From Spirochaetia bacterium (GTDB lineage Bacteria > Spirochaetota > Spirochaetia > SZUA-6 > Bin103): a stretch of DNA of 64,000 nt. A program made the position numbers and the translations under genes. The stretch lies in assembly GCA_965203055.1 (NCBI GenBank), contig OZ241863.1:1216001-1280000 (forward strand), written 5' to 3'. The notes beneath the pieces are model-generated. The model was not told where the DNA came from, searched no databases, and saw nothing but the letters and a program-made list of their open reading frames with translations. Below, piece by piece: positions 7,857-17,538 of the stretch. Position 1 is the first letter of the stretch, and every line of letters starts with the position of its first letter.

Positions 7857-9533
7857 CTACGCGCGGAGCGCGGGGGCGGCCGCTGGGGCAGGCGCGGGCG
7901 CGGTCATTGGCTCCAGCCGGCAGCCGTCGACGAATACCTCGAAGAAGTCGGGCGCGGTCTCCAGTTCGACGTGCTCGATTTCGGCGGCCAGCCGCTCCAG
8001 GGCGCGCCGCTTGCGCTGCGACAGCAGCACCTCCCGGCAGCCGCGCAGCGCCGCATTGCCCAGCTTGACGATGCGGCGCTCGTCCACCGGCGGCAGGAAG
8101 CCAATGGCGATGGCGCTGTTCACGTCGACGTAGTTGGCGAAGCCGCCCGCCAGGTAGAGGCGGTCCACCTCCTGCGGCGCCACGCCCAGCTCGCGGGTGA
8201 CGATGAGCTGGCCGCAGTAGTTGGCGGCCTTGGCCTGCGCCAGGTTGCTGCCGTCCCGGCGCGAAAAGGTGATGCCGTACTCCGGCACCACGGCGATCTC
8301 CCGGGCGCGGCGGTCGTGGGTAAAGACGCCCTTGGCGGTCATCTTGCCGTGCCGGCGCAGCTCGGCGAGCAGGTCGATCAACCCCGATCCGCAGATGCCG
8401 GCCGGCGCGGCGCCGCCGATCGTGCGGTAGCAAAAGCCGTCGTCACGCCAGCGCAGCCGCTCGATGGCGCCCTCGTAGGCGGGCATGCCGTAGCCGACCA
8501 GGCCGCCCTCGAACGCCGGTCCGGCGGGGCAAGAGGCGGCGATCATGCGCCCGCCGCGGCGCGCCACCACCTCGGTGTTGGTGCCCACGTCCACCAGCAT
8601 CACCAGCCCGCTCTGGCCGGCCATGTCCATCGCCACCAGGTCGGCCGCGGTGTCCCCGCCGACGTGACTGGCAATCAGCGGCAGGCCGTAGACGCGCGCC
8701 TGCGGATGGATGAGCAGGCCCAGCGGCCGCGGCCGGCTGCTGAGCGCCGTAGTATCCCGTTCACCGGCGCGGAACTGGTTCTCGATCCGAGACTTGTAGG
8801 GTTTCTGGCCAAGCCCCTGCACGTCCACCCCGAACAGCAGGTCGCGCATCGTGGAATTGCCGGCGATGGCGACCTCGTAGATCTGGCGCCGCCTGGTGCC
8901 CAGCTCGCGCCCCAGGTCGAGAATCGCGCTGTTGAGCGCGCTGACGATCGCCGCCTGCAGCTCGCCGCGGAACTCACCGCCGTCGTAGGAGACCCGGTTC
9001 ATGACGTCGCTGCCGGCGAACGACTGCGGGTTGCCGAACGAGCTGACCTGCAGCGCCGCGCCGGTCTCCAGGTCGATCAGCTCCATGGCCACGGTGGTGG
9101 TGCCCACGTCGACGGCCAGACCCAGCAGGCGCCCGTGGTAGCGGTCGATGGGTTCGCCGTCCAGGTAGACGCCGTCGCCGCGGCGCGTCACCGCGGGGTC
9201 GAGCTGCGCCGCGCCCTCCCCATCGGGGGCCGCGGATACCCCGGCGACCAGCACCCGCGGCTGGCGCCGCAGCGGCGCGAAGCGCACCTCGGCGGCCGGG
9301 TCCTCCACCACCGCCTGACAGGCCAGACGGTACGGGTCGTTCAGAAACCGCTCGGCCTCGGTGCGCGCGCTCAGCGCCGCCCCGCCGGCGTCGATCCGCA
9401 CCACGCACTCGTGACAGGTGCCGGCGCGGCCGCAGGAAGTCGCCACCCGCACCGCCAGCTCGTCGGCATAGTCGAACACGGTCTTGCCGCGCTGCAACTC
9501 GCGCACCTCGCCGTCATGGGAAATGGTGCCCAT
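7857..9533 (-). CDS. Corrinoid reductive activator (RACE/RamA-like; 2Fe-2S ferredoxin plus ASKHA ATPase)
   Basis: N-terminal CGRAGTCHEC...RLACQ; ASKHA motifs DVGTTT, DVGTNTE, GPAFEG, GICGSG and LAGGF. Confidence 0.9.
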   Translation of the reverse strand: MGTISHDGEVRELQRGKTVFDYADELAVRVATSCGRAGTCHECVVRIDAGGAALSARTEAERFLNDPYRLACQAVVEDPAAEVRFAPLRRQPRVLVAGVSAAPDGEGAAQLDPAVTRRGDGVYLDGEPIDRYHGRLLGLAVDVGTTTVAMELIDLETGAALQVSSFGNPQSFAGSDVMNRVSYDGGEFRGELQAAIVSALNSAILDLGRELGTRRRQIYEVAIAGNSTMRDLLFGVDVQGLGQKPYKSRIENQFRAGERDTTALSSRPRPLGLLIHPQARVYGLPLIASHVGGDTAADLVAMDMAGQSGLVMLVDVGTNTEVVARRGGRMIAASCPAGPAFEGGLVGYGMPAYEGAIERLRWRDDGFCYRTIGGAAPAGICGSGLIDLLAELRRHGKMTAKGVFTHDRRAREIAVVPEYGITFSRRDGSNLAQAKAANYCGQLIVTRELGVAPQEVDRLYLAGGFANYVDVNSAIAIGFLPPVDERRIVKLGNAALRGCREVLLSQRKRRALERLAAEIEHVELETAPDFFEVFVDGCRLEPMTAPAPAPAAAPALRA

Positions 9534-9548
9534 TCGCGCGGGTGAGGG

Positions 9549-9845
9549 TTACGATTGCGCGTTGCCGGAAGCCGCGGCGGCGCTCTCCCACGCGCTGCGG
9601 TAGTCCAGCTTGTCGTCGCCGCCGCAGGTCTGCAGGCTGCCGCCGCGCCGCGCCGGGCGCTGGTTGCGGCAGCCGAACTTGGCGGTGCACTCGTCGTGGC
9701 GATTCTTGTAGGGACAGCGGAAGGTGGCCTGGACCATGGCGTGATCGGCCATGGCGGACAGGATGGCGCTCAGCCGCTCGCGCCGCCGTTCCCAGGCCGC
9801 GGCGTCCACCTGCCCCGCGCGCCGCCGCGCCTCGGGATCAGTCAT
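9549..9845 (-). CDS. Small Cys-rich hypothetical protein
   Basis: Overlaps the corrinoid gene end and sits within the operon. RCPYKN..CTAKFGCRNQ..C. Confidence 0.7.
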   Translation of the reverse strand: MTDPEARRRAGQVDAAAWERRRERLSAILSAMADHAMVQATFRCPYKNRHDECTAKFGCRNQRPARRGGSLQTCGGDDKLDYRSAWESAAAASGNAQS

Positions 9846-10593
9846 CCCGGTTCTCGGTCAACAGCCGCTTGGCCAGTTCCACGCACGCCACCGCGTCCTT
9901 GCCGTAGCCGTCGGCTCCCATGTCGTCCGCGAACTCCTGGGTCACCGGCGCGCCGCCCACCATGATCTGCACGTCGTCGCGCAGGTCGGCGTCGATGAAC
10001 GCTTCGATGGTGCGCCCCATGTTGGGCATGGTGGTGGTGAGCAGCGCGGACATGCCCATCAACTCCGCCTCGTGCTCCTCGACCGCGTCGAGAAACTCCT
10101 CCGGCGCCGTATCCACCCCCAGGTCGATCACCTCGAAGCCGGCGCCGCGCAGCATCATGATGCACAGGTTCTTGCCTATGTCGTGCAGGTCGCCCTTCAC
10201 CGTGCCCATGATCACCTTGGCGATCGACTCGATGCCGGACGCCGACAGGATCGGTTCGATATGCGCCATTCCCGCCTTCATCGCCCGCGCGCAGGACAGC
10301 ACCTCGGGCACGAAGATGATGTTCTCCCGGAACTTGATGCCGACGATGCCCATGGCGGAGATCAGGCCGTCATCCATTATCTCGGTGGCTTCGACGCCGC
10401 GCTCCAGTTGCGCGCGCGTCATCTCGTCCACCAGGCCGTCCTCGCCTTCGATCAGGCCGGCCGCGATTTCCTGCAGCTCGGGGCGCACCGGCGCGAAGAT
10501 GTCGATCATCCGCTGGCGCTCGTCCGGGCGCTCCACGAATTGTTCGATCTCTTCGCGGATGAAGTCGTTGCTTACGTCGCTCAACTCTGCCAT
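9838..10593 (-). CDS. Corrinoid (B12-binding) protein, MtaC-like
   Basis: Cap domain (FVPEVL) plus GDLHDIGKNL, MSALLTTT and GGAPVT. Confidence 0.92.
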   Translation of the reverse strand: MAELSDVSNDFIREEIEQFVERPDERQRMIDIFAPVRPELQEIAAGLIEGEDGLVDEMTRAQLERGVEATEIMDDGLISAMGIVGIKFRENIIFVPEVLSCARAMKAGMAHIEPILSASGIESIAKVIMGTVKGDLHDIGKNLCIMMLRGAGFEVIDLGVDTAPEEFLDAVEEHEAELMGMSALLTTTMPNMGRTIEAFIDADLRDDVQIMVGGAPVTQEFADDMGADGYGKDAVACVELAKRLLTENRDD

Positions 10594-10601
10594 TTCGGGG
10601 T

Positions 10602-11651
10602 CTATCCGTCCTGATTGCCGTCGCCGGCGGGGTGGTCGCGGTGCCAGGCGCGCACCGCGCCCGGAATCTCGCGCAGGTTGTCCAGCGGCGTCTGCAGCGG
10701 GATGGCGCATTCCGGTCCGATCAGCGGCACGCCCGAATCCAGGTTGGCGAATACTTCGGCGCGCACCTCCTCGGGGCCGCGGGCGAACAGGGTCTCGGGG
10801 TTGTTGAGGTTGCCGATCAGCGCGATCCGGTCGCCCGCCAGTTCCATTGCGGCGCGCGGATCATTCTTGGAGTCGTAGTGAAAGGCGGCGAACCCGGTCT
10901 CCGCAATCGCCGGCAGCCGGTCCAGGGTCTTGCCGCAGATGTGCAGGATCAGCGGCGCCGGCAGCCGCTCGGCGAACTCCTGATGCAGATCGCGCAGGAA
11001 GCGGCGGTACCACTCGCCGCTCACCAGGTCGCCGGTGGCGTGGTCGGGAAGGGTCAGGATGTCGGCGCCCGCTTCGATCTGCGCCAGACCGAAGTCGATG
11101 GTGGCCTGCTTGAGGCGGTCGAGGATCAGCTTGGTCTTGCCGGGATCGTCGAGCGACAGCAGCAGGAACATCTCCACGCCGAAGCAGTGGTAGGCGAGCG
11201 ACCACGGCCCCATGGTCTTGCCGATGACCGCCACTTCGTCGCCGTACTCGCGCTTGAGGCGACTGATCGCGTCCAGCACGCAGGCGGTGTCGGGGTGGGT
11301 GAGGAAGTCGCGGGGAATGAGGATGTCGTCGGCGTCCTGCCAGATCGGTTCGCGCATCTTCACGGTCGGCCAGTTGTCCTTCTGCTCCCACTGGATCTTG
11401 CAGCCCAGGGCGGCGGATTCCTGGATGATGGTGAACACCGGCATGATGGAATCGAACCCCAGCTCGGTATAGCCGGTGGCCGCCAGGCGCGCCATCAGTT
11501 CGCCGTTGCGATTGGCGGTGGGGAACGTGGCGTCCACCATGTCCATCAGTTCCACGGTAGCCACCGAGGTGGGATTGCAGACCGGGGTGCGGTCCACCGG
11601 CTCCCCGGCAAGGGCGGCCAGCACGCGCTGGCGGCCGGTCATCTGCTTCAT
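10602..11651 (-). CDS. MtaA/CmuA-family (UroD-fold) corrinoid methyltransferase
   Basis: RQRVLAAL.G.PVDR, GPWSLA, HICG, GNLNN and PECAIP (Zn ligands). Confidence 0.88.
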   Translation of the reverse strand: MKQMTGRQRVLAALAGEPVDRTPVCNPTSVATVELMDMVDATFPTANRNGELMARLAATGYTELGFDSIMPVFTIIQESAALGCKIQWEQKDNWPTVKMREPIWQDADDILIPRDFLTHPDTACVLDAISRLKREYGDEVAVIGKTMGPWSLAYHCFGVEMFLLLSLDDPGKTKLILDRLKQATIDFGLAQIEAGADILTLPDHATGDLVSGEWYRRFLRDLHQEFAERLPAPLILHICGKTLDRLPAIAETGFAAFHYDSKNDPRAAMELAGDRIALIGNLNNPETLFARGPEEVRAEVFANLDSGVPLIGPECAIPLQTPLDNLREIPGAVRAWHRDHPAGDGNQDG

Positions 11652-11672
11652 GCGAACTCTCCTCGTTCTGAG

Positions 11673-12320
11673 TCAGCGCTGCTGGCTGGGCGCGGCCAGC
11701 ACGCCGCGCGCCGCCGCCATTTCCTGCGCGCGCAACACGCCGCGCGCGTTCAACGCCAGTTTCAGCAGCATCGCCACCAGCCGGTCGTGACCGATGCCGC
11801 AGGCGAAGCGCACCGTATCGCCGGCGCGGGGTACCTGCTCCATGCCCGCCAGCTTCGCCAGACCGGCGGCCAACGTGGCGACCCGGCGCGCCACCTTGGG
11901 GCCGCCGTCGCCGCCGACGGCCACCGCCCGGTAGTACCCGCCGGCCTCGGCGAGGACCCGGATGGTGGCGGCGGTCTTCTTGTCATGGATCTCCATCGGG
12001 CGCGGCGCCGGCGGCTGCTCCGGATCCAGCTTGCAGGCCTCGACGAAGGCGCGCCGGGCGGCCAGCTCGTGCGCCGCGCCGCAGGCGAAGCGCACCCGCA
12101 ACGGCGACTCCGGGGCCGCCTCCATGCCGGCCACCTCCTGCATTGCCGCGACTATGCCCGCCAGCCGGTCGCGGGCGCCGTGCCGCGTGCTGTAGCTGTG
12201 GACGTCGTAGGCCGGGCGCCCGTCCGCGCCCGCGGCGCGGTGCAGCGCTACGGTGATGTCGTGAAAGTGAGGATCCATCGCCACCAGCTCGATGCGGCGG
12301 CCCAGATCGGTCCGTATCAC
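11673..12320 (-). CDS. Hypothetical protein, first gene of the corrinoid operon
   Basis: AAGGAGAG RBS before GTG; co-oriented with the operon; internal repeat VRFACG.xH twice. Confidence 0.7.
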   Translation of the reverse strand: MIRTDLGRRIELVAMDPHFHDITVALHRAAGADGRPAYDVHSYSTRHGARDRLAGIVAAMQEVAGMEAAPESPLRVRFACGAAHELAARRAFVEACKLDPEQPPAPRPMEIHDKKTAATIRVLAEAGGYYRAVAVGGDGGPKVARRVATLAAGLAKLAGMEQVPRAGDTVRFACGIGHDRLVAMLLKLALNARGVLRAQEMAAARGVLAAPSQQR

Positions 12321-12445
12321 GGTGTCGCTCTCCTTGCGCCGCCGGTGCCCGGATGGGGCGGATTGGTTCGCTCTCAGGGTAGCCGGCAGCGTTGTTTCAC
12401 AGCTTACGTGATCGGCCCCCGTTTGCCTATCGGGATTGTCGCCGA

Positions 12446-13204
12446 CTAATCGGAGTCGCTGCCGCGCTCCCGGCGCAACAAGGCTTCCAGTTCGGCCACC
12501 CGTGCTTCCGCGGCTGCGCGGGCTGCCGCTTCCTGCCGGCGGGCTGCCGCCTCCTGCGCGAGGCGCAGCTCCGCGGCTTGCCGCCCCTGCCGTTCGCGCT
12601 CCCGCGCGGCGTCGGTTTCGTCGAGGTCCGGCAGCTCCTGCCCGCTCTGCGGATCGTAGAAGCGCAGCCCGCGATCCGTCAGCCGCAACTCCAGCCCCAG
12701 CGCCGCGCTCGCCAGCGCCAGCGTGCCGTCCGCCAACTCCCTGCCCGGCAGCCGCCGATACTCCCCCGCAACCAACTCCAGGCCCTGCAGCGGCGGCTCC
12801 AGATAGTCGCCCGTCGGGTCGTATTGCCAGTACTCCGGCACGCCCAGCGTCTGGTACACCGCGCGCTTCTTCCCCTGGTCCTCGCGGTACGTGGTCCGCG
12901 AGGTTATCTCCAGCACGAAGTCAGGGCACTTGGGCTCCATCCACAGCCGGTAGCTCGAACGATCCTCGTTGGCCGCGCCGAACACCACGAACACGTCCGG
13001 CGCCACCACCGCGCCCGGAACTCCCTCCTCGTAGTAGATCAGCAGGTTGCCGGAAACGTACACGTCGCGGCGGCGGCGAAAGTGGCGCCGCAGCCGTCCG
13101 ACGGCGTACATCAGCGGGGTGCGTTGAAAATCGCTTTCCGCCATCGGCTTGCCGTCGGACGAGGGGTAGCGCACCTTGGCGGGCGCGAGCAGCGGACTGG
13201 CCAT
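12446..13204 (-). CDS. Uma2 (DUF820) family PD-(D/E)XK endonuclease
   Basis: YPSSDGKPMAES, APDVFVV, PDFVLEITS, GVPEYWQYDP and a coiled-coil tail AEARVAELEALL. Confidence 0.9.
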   Translation of the reverse strand: MASPLLAPAKVRYPSSDGKPMAESDFQRTPLMYAVGRLRRHFRRRRDVYVSGNLLIYYEEGVPGAVVAPDVFVVFGAANEDRSSYRLWMEPKCPDFVLEITSRTTYREDQGKKRAVYQTLGVPEYWQYDPTGDYLEPPLQGLELVAGEYRRLPGRELADGTLALASAALGLELRLTDRGLRFYDPQSGQELPDLDETDAARERERQGRQAAELRLAQEAAARRQEAAARAAAEARVAELEALLRRERGSDSD

Positions 13205-13343
13205 AGGCTATCCTCCATTCCACCGCAGCATACCACGCTTACCGGCCCGGCGGTTGCAAGCCTACCCGGAACTCGCTACACACACGTCATCAGCCGCACG
13301 AAATAATGAACATGCCTGACTTGACGCGAAACGGAACGCCACC

Positions 13344-16019
13344 ATGCTGCAACTGACGCTGCGCGACGAGTTTCGAGGCCGCCGCCTCAAGGGCACCGCC
13401 ATCGAGCTGGCGAACGCCAACCGCACGGGCGCCACGCAGATGGCGGCGGCCGACTTCCTGGAGATCACTTATCCGTCGGCGGATGCCCTGAAGGCGCTCG
13501 AAGCCACCGGCTCCGGGCAGGGCCGGCCCCTGGTGCTGATCGGCGAGCGCGGCCAGGGCAAGTCGCACCTGCTGGGGCTGCTGTTCCACGGCTTTCGCGC
13601 TCCGGACGCGACCCGCCGCTGGCTGGCGGCCTGGGCCGATCGTCTCGGCGCCCCCGAGCTGGCCGCGATGCCGTTGCGGGACGGGATGTACGTCATCAGC
13701 GAGAGCCTCCACCGCCAGCACTACAAGTTCCTCTGGGATCTGCTGTTCGACCGTCACCCGCACGGGGCGGAGGTGCGCGGCATGTGGAGGGGCCGCGGCG
13801 AACGGCAGACCGACGTGCCAAGCTACGACCTCCTGCTCGAACTGGTGACCCACACGCCCACGGCGCTGGTCCTCGACGAGTTTCAGACCTGGTACGACGG
13901 CCTGACCAACACCAGGCAGTACCCGTGGCGCAACTGGGCGTTCAACTTCGTGCAGCTCCTCTCCGAGATCGCCGCAGCGCATCCGGACCGGCTCGTACTG
14001 GTCGTGTCGGTGCGCGACGGCGGCACCGACGCCTATCAGCAAATCCAGCGGGTGGGGCCGGCCCTGGTCGACTTCAAGGGTCCGACCGCGCGGCAGGACC
14101 GGCAGAAGCTGCTCCTGCATCGCCTGTTCGGCAACCGCCTGCAGGTCGCCGAGGCGCAGATCGAGGAGCTGATCGCAGTCCACGCCGCCGAGTACCTGCG
14201 CCTGCGGCAGGCTCCGCCGGCGGAGCACGACCGGCTTCGGCGCGAGTTCGTCCGCTGCTGGCCGTTCGCCCCCCATCTCATGCAGCTCCTGGAGGATCAG
14301 GTGCTGATCGCCACCCAGGCCCAGGAGACCCGCGACCTGATCCGCATCCTCGCCGATCTGTTCAAGCGCCATGCGGACCGCCCGATCATCACTGCGGCCG
14401 ACTTCCGCCTCGACGACGAGCGGAGCGGCATCGCCGCGCTGCTCGATTCGGTGTCGAACCGGCACCACGCCGCCCTGCGCGAGAAGGCGCAGCGCAACCT
14501 GTCCGCGGTGCGCGACGCGGTCCGCAACGCGGACGCGGTGGTGCCGCACCTGGCGGAGATCGTGGGCGCGCTCTGGCTGCGGTCGCTGGCGGTCGGCAAC
14601 CTGGCCGGCGCGGAGCCGGCGACGCTGCAGATCGACGTCACCCGCGGCGAGGCGATCGATGACAACGCCTTCCAGGTCGAACTGGCCACGCTCGAGAACA
14701 ACAGCTTCAACATTCACCGCGCCGGGCCGCGGCTGGTCTTCCGCGAGGAGGAAAACCCGCAGGCGAAGCTGATCGCCAGCGCCCGCAACGACCGACTGTT
14801 CGGCGACGGAGCCGACCACGACCGCCTGGCGCGGGAGGCGCGCTACGTGATCGGCGGCCAGGAAGGGGTTGCCAAGACGTTTCGGGTCGTGGTGCTGCCG
14901 GAGCGCTGGCAGACCGCGCCGTGGGATGCGTTCGACGAACGCGAGCGCTCGCCGGCATGGGATGAGCGGCTGCCGCTGCTGGTGCTCCCGGACAGCCCCG
15001 ACGAGGCCGGCGCGGCCCTGGGACCGTGGCTCCGCGACCACCTGCAGGCGCGCCGCAACGCGGTGCGGTTCCTGCTGCCGCGCGCCGGCAGCGCCAACCT
15101 CTATCACGACCCCGACCTGCTGGTGCCGGCGCGCGCCGTGGTGCTGGCGGACCGGTGGCGGACGCAGGAGCCGGAGTATCGCGCGCTGCTCGGCCGCTAC
15201 CAGCGCGAGCTGCGGGAGGCCCTCGGCAAGCGCTTCGACCGCTTCGCCATAATCGACACCTGGAACTACCGGGAGCCGGCCTCGTGCACGTTCCACGTCG
15301 AAGCCCTCCGGGGGAAGGGCGCGATACCGGACGCAATCGACGAACAGGTGCGCGACGATCTCTTCATTCCCGAGGAGTTCGAGGCGCTGGTGCGGGCCGC
15401 GGCGAACCGCAGCGAGGCGGTGGGCAAGCTGCTGCGCGAGCTGCAGGAACCCCGCCCGGCGGGCGCGCCGTGCATTCCCTGGCTGGGCGAGACGGAGCTG
15501 AAGGAGCGGCTCATCCGCCTCTGCGCGCGGGGCGAGATCGCGCTCAACCTGCGCGGCATGGAGCACCTGCAGGCGCGCGCCGACGAGCATGAGGAAAGCG
15601 CCTGGATGCGGATGCGCGGCAAGCTCGGCACCGGGAAGCACCTCGACGAGACCTACCTGCTGCGCCCGCAGGCCGCGCCGCACGCCGGCGGCGTGTCGAA
15701 GGACGACTCCCTCAAGGAGGGAGACGAGCCGGGCTGCGACCCGCGGCCGCGCGGGACCGAAGGCGGCGGCACGACCCCGCCGGACCGGCCGGGCGCCATC
15801 TTCGGCGGCGGCGCCGAGCTGGTGGAGCACGCCGCCGATGCCACGTCCGCGCTGAACCTGCTGGGAAAGATCGAGTCGTGGGGCATCGGCGCCGGAACGC
15901 AGGTGCAGGACGTGGCGCTGAAGGTCGGCTCGTTGACCGGCGCGCAACTCGCCGCGCTGCTGCGCACCCTGCCCGACGGGATCACCTACGAGCTCCGCCT
16001 CAACCGGGAGAAGCAGTAA
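13344..16019 (+). CDS. DUF499-type AAA+ ATPase (BrxC-related)
   Basis: Walker A GERGQGKSH, Walker B LVLDEFQ, FLEITYP and WPFAP; context with PglZ-like, DUF1156-type and SNF2 genes. Confidence 0.8.
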   Translation: MLQLTLRDEFRGRRLKGTAIELANANRTGATQMAAADFLEITYPSADALKALEATGSGQGRPLVLIGERGQGKSHLLGLLFHGFRAPDATRRWLAAWADRLGAPELAAMPLRDGMYVISESLHRQHYKFLWDLLFDRHPHGAEVRGMWRGRGERQTDVPSYDLLLELVTHTPTALVLDEFQTWYDGLTNTRQYPWRNWAFNFVQLLSEIAAAHPDRLVLVVSVRDGGTDAYQQIQRVGPALVDFKGPTARQDRQKLLLHRLFGNRLQVAEAQIEELIAVHAAEYLRLRQAPPAEHDRLRREFVRCWPFAPHLMQLLEDQVLIATQAQETRDLIRILADLFKRHADRPIITAADFRLDDERSGIAALLDSVSNRHHAALREKAQRNLSAVRDAVRNADAVVPHLAEIVGALWLRSLAVGNLAGAEPATLQIDVTRGEAIDDNAFQVELATLENNSFNIHRAGPRLVFREEENPQAKLIASARNDRLFGDGADHDRLAREARYVIGGQEGVAKTFRVVVLPERWQTAPWDAFDERERSPAWDERLPLLVLPDSPDEAGAALGPWLRDHLQARRNAVRFLLPRAGSANLYHDPDLLVPARAVVLADRWRTQEPEYRALLGRYQRELREALGKRFDRFAIIDTWNYREPASCTFHVEALRGKGAIPDAIDEQVRDDLFIPEEFEALVRAAANRSEAVGKLLRELQEPRPAGAPCIPWLGETELKERLIRLCARGEIALNLRGMEHLQARADEHEESAWMRMRGKLGTGKHLDETYLLRPQAAPHAGGVSKDDSLKEGDEPGCDPRPRGTEGGGTTPPDRPGAIFGGGAELVEHAADATSALNLLGKIESWGIGAGTQVQDVALKVGSLTGAQLAALLRTLPDGITYELRLNREKQ
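16001..16019 (+). repeat. Left copy of the 19-bp direct repeat bounding the vsr-dcm-HK-receiver cassette
   Basis: CAACCGGGAGAAGCAGTAA vs CAACCGGGAGACGCAGTGA at 22086-22104 (17/19 identical). Confidence 0.8.
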
Positions 16020-16044
16020 GGTGCTCTGTCGTGGAGGATGACCG

Positions 16045-16476
16045 GTGAGTGACATCTACAGCGCTGCGAAACGAAGCGAGATCATGAGCCGGGTGCGCTC
16101 GACCGGAACCAAGCCGGAGATGCTCGTTCGCCGACTCGCCCATAGCCTGGGGTACCGCTTTCGCCTGCATCATGACGGCCTTCCCGGCAAGCCTGACCTC
16201 GCATTTCCCCGTCACCGCAAGGTAATCTTCGTCCATGGCTGCTTCTGGCATCAGCACGAACGATGCGCCAAGGCAACAATCCCGGCTTCCAACCACGCCT
16301 TCTGGGAGCGGAAACTGTCCGGAAACGTAGAACGGGACCGGCAAAACGTGGCGTCATTGTGTCGGAGCGGCTGGCAGACCTTGGTAATATGGGAGTGTGA
16401 GACGAGAGACCGCGACGCGCTCGCCACCCGCGTCCGTGCCTTCCTCGAATTCCCGGCATTGAGATGCGAGACGTGA
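16045..16476 (+). CDS. vsr: Very short patch repair endonuclease
   Basis: SDIYS..KRSEIMSRV, TKPE, LPGKPDL, FVHGCFWH and IWECE. Confidence 0.95.
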   Translation: MSDIYSAAKRSEIMSRVRSTGTKPEMLVRRLAHSLGYRFRLHHDGLPGKPDLAFPRHRKVIFVHGCFWHQHERCAKATIPASNHAFWERKLSGNVERDRQNVASLCRSGWQTLVIWECETRDRDALATRVRAFLEFPALRCET

Positions 16477-17537
16477 ATCCCGGCGTCAAGGTATTCGATT
16501 TCTTCTCCGGCTGCGGAGGAGCAAGCTGCGGGTTTCGTGCCGCCGGCATGGAAATCGTGTACGCGCTTGACCGCGACTCCGACTCCGCACGCACGTTCCA
16601 GATAAACTTCCCGTCATCATATTTCGAGCGTAAGGATATTCAGGAGGCGTCCGTCGATACGGTGCGCCGCTTGATCGATGACCTAAGACCGGCCCCGATC
16701 CTGTTCTGCGGTTGCGCGCCATGTCAGCCGTTCACCAAACAGAACACCACGCGACCGGAACCGGATAAAGACGATCGAATTACATTGCTTTCTCACTTCG
16801 CCCGCTTCATCGAAGAATGCAATCCTGACATCGTATTCGTCGAGAACGTGCCTGGTCTACAACGCCCGAACGGCTCACAGCCCTTTGCCAGTTTCCTGGA
16901 TACCCTCGAAGCCTCCGGCTATCAGTCTAAGTATGACGTGGTACCGCTCATGCGGTACGGTGTGCCGCAGAGCCGGCGCAGGCTCATGATGCTGGCGAGT
17001 CGTCACGGACCGATCGAACTGCCTCCGGAGACGCACGGACCGGGGACCGATAATCCGCGGTACGAGACGGTGAAGGACTGGATCGGAGAACTTCCCCCGA
17101 TCGCTGCCGGGGAAAGCCATCCGCAAGTCTCTGATCATCGAGCGGCGAGCCTGTCGCAGCGCAATCTGGAACGGATACGCGCGACACCGGAGGGTGGCGG
17201 ACACCGCGGTTGGCCAAGACACCTGAAACTTCCGTGTCACGAAAAGAGCGGGGGATACAGCGACGTCTACGGCCGGATGTCATGGGATCGTCCGGCCGCC
17301 GGGTTGACGACACGCTGCATCAGTTACTCCAATGGACGCTTCGGACACCCGGAACAGGATCGCGCGATTAGCTTGCGTGAAGCCGCGTCATTGCAGACGT
17401 TTCCGCTTGATTTCGTGTTCACGGGAGGTTTCGGATCGATGGCGCGGCAGATCGGCAACGCGGTGCCGGTGCGGGTGACACAAGTGATCGGAAACCATGT
17501 CAACGGACACCTGAGAGATGTGAAGGTGCCGGCGTAG
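16464..17537 (+). CDS. dcm: DNA (cytosine-5) methyltransferase
   Basis: Motifs I FFSGCGG, IV PCQPF, VI ENV, VIII PQSRRR, IX REAASLQTFP and X QIGNAVP. Confidence 0.95.
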   Translation: MRDVNPGVKVFDFFSGCGGASCGFRAAGMEIVYALDRDSDSARTFQINFPSSYFERKDIQEASVDTVRRLIDDLRPAPILFCGCAPCQPFTKQNTTRPEPDKDDRITLLSHFARFIEECNPDIVFVENVPGLQRPNGSQPFASFLDTLEASGYQSKYDVVPLMRYGVPQSRRRLMMLASRHGPIELPPETHGPGTDNPRYETVKDWIGELPPIAAGESHPQVSDHRAASLSQRNLERIRATPEGGGHRGWPRHLKLPCHEKSGGYSDVYGRMSWDRPAAGLTTRCISYSNGRFGHPEQDRAISLREAASLQTFPLDFVFTGGFGSMARQIGNAVPVRVTQVIGNHVNGHLRDVKVPA

Positions 17538-17538
17538 A

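Noticed and set aside
13290..16055. Long antisense ORFs (also 38831-42211, 23072-24934, 28582-30372, 57525-59612 and others)
   Set aside because: Shadow ORFs typical of high-GC DNA, lying opposite well-supported genes and without motifs.
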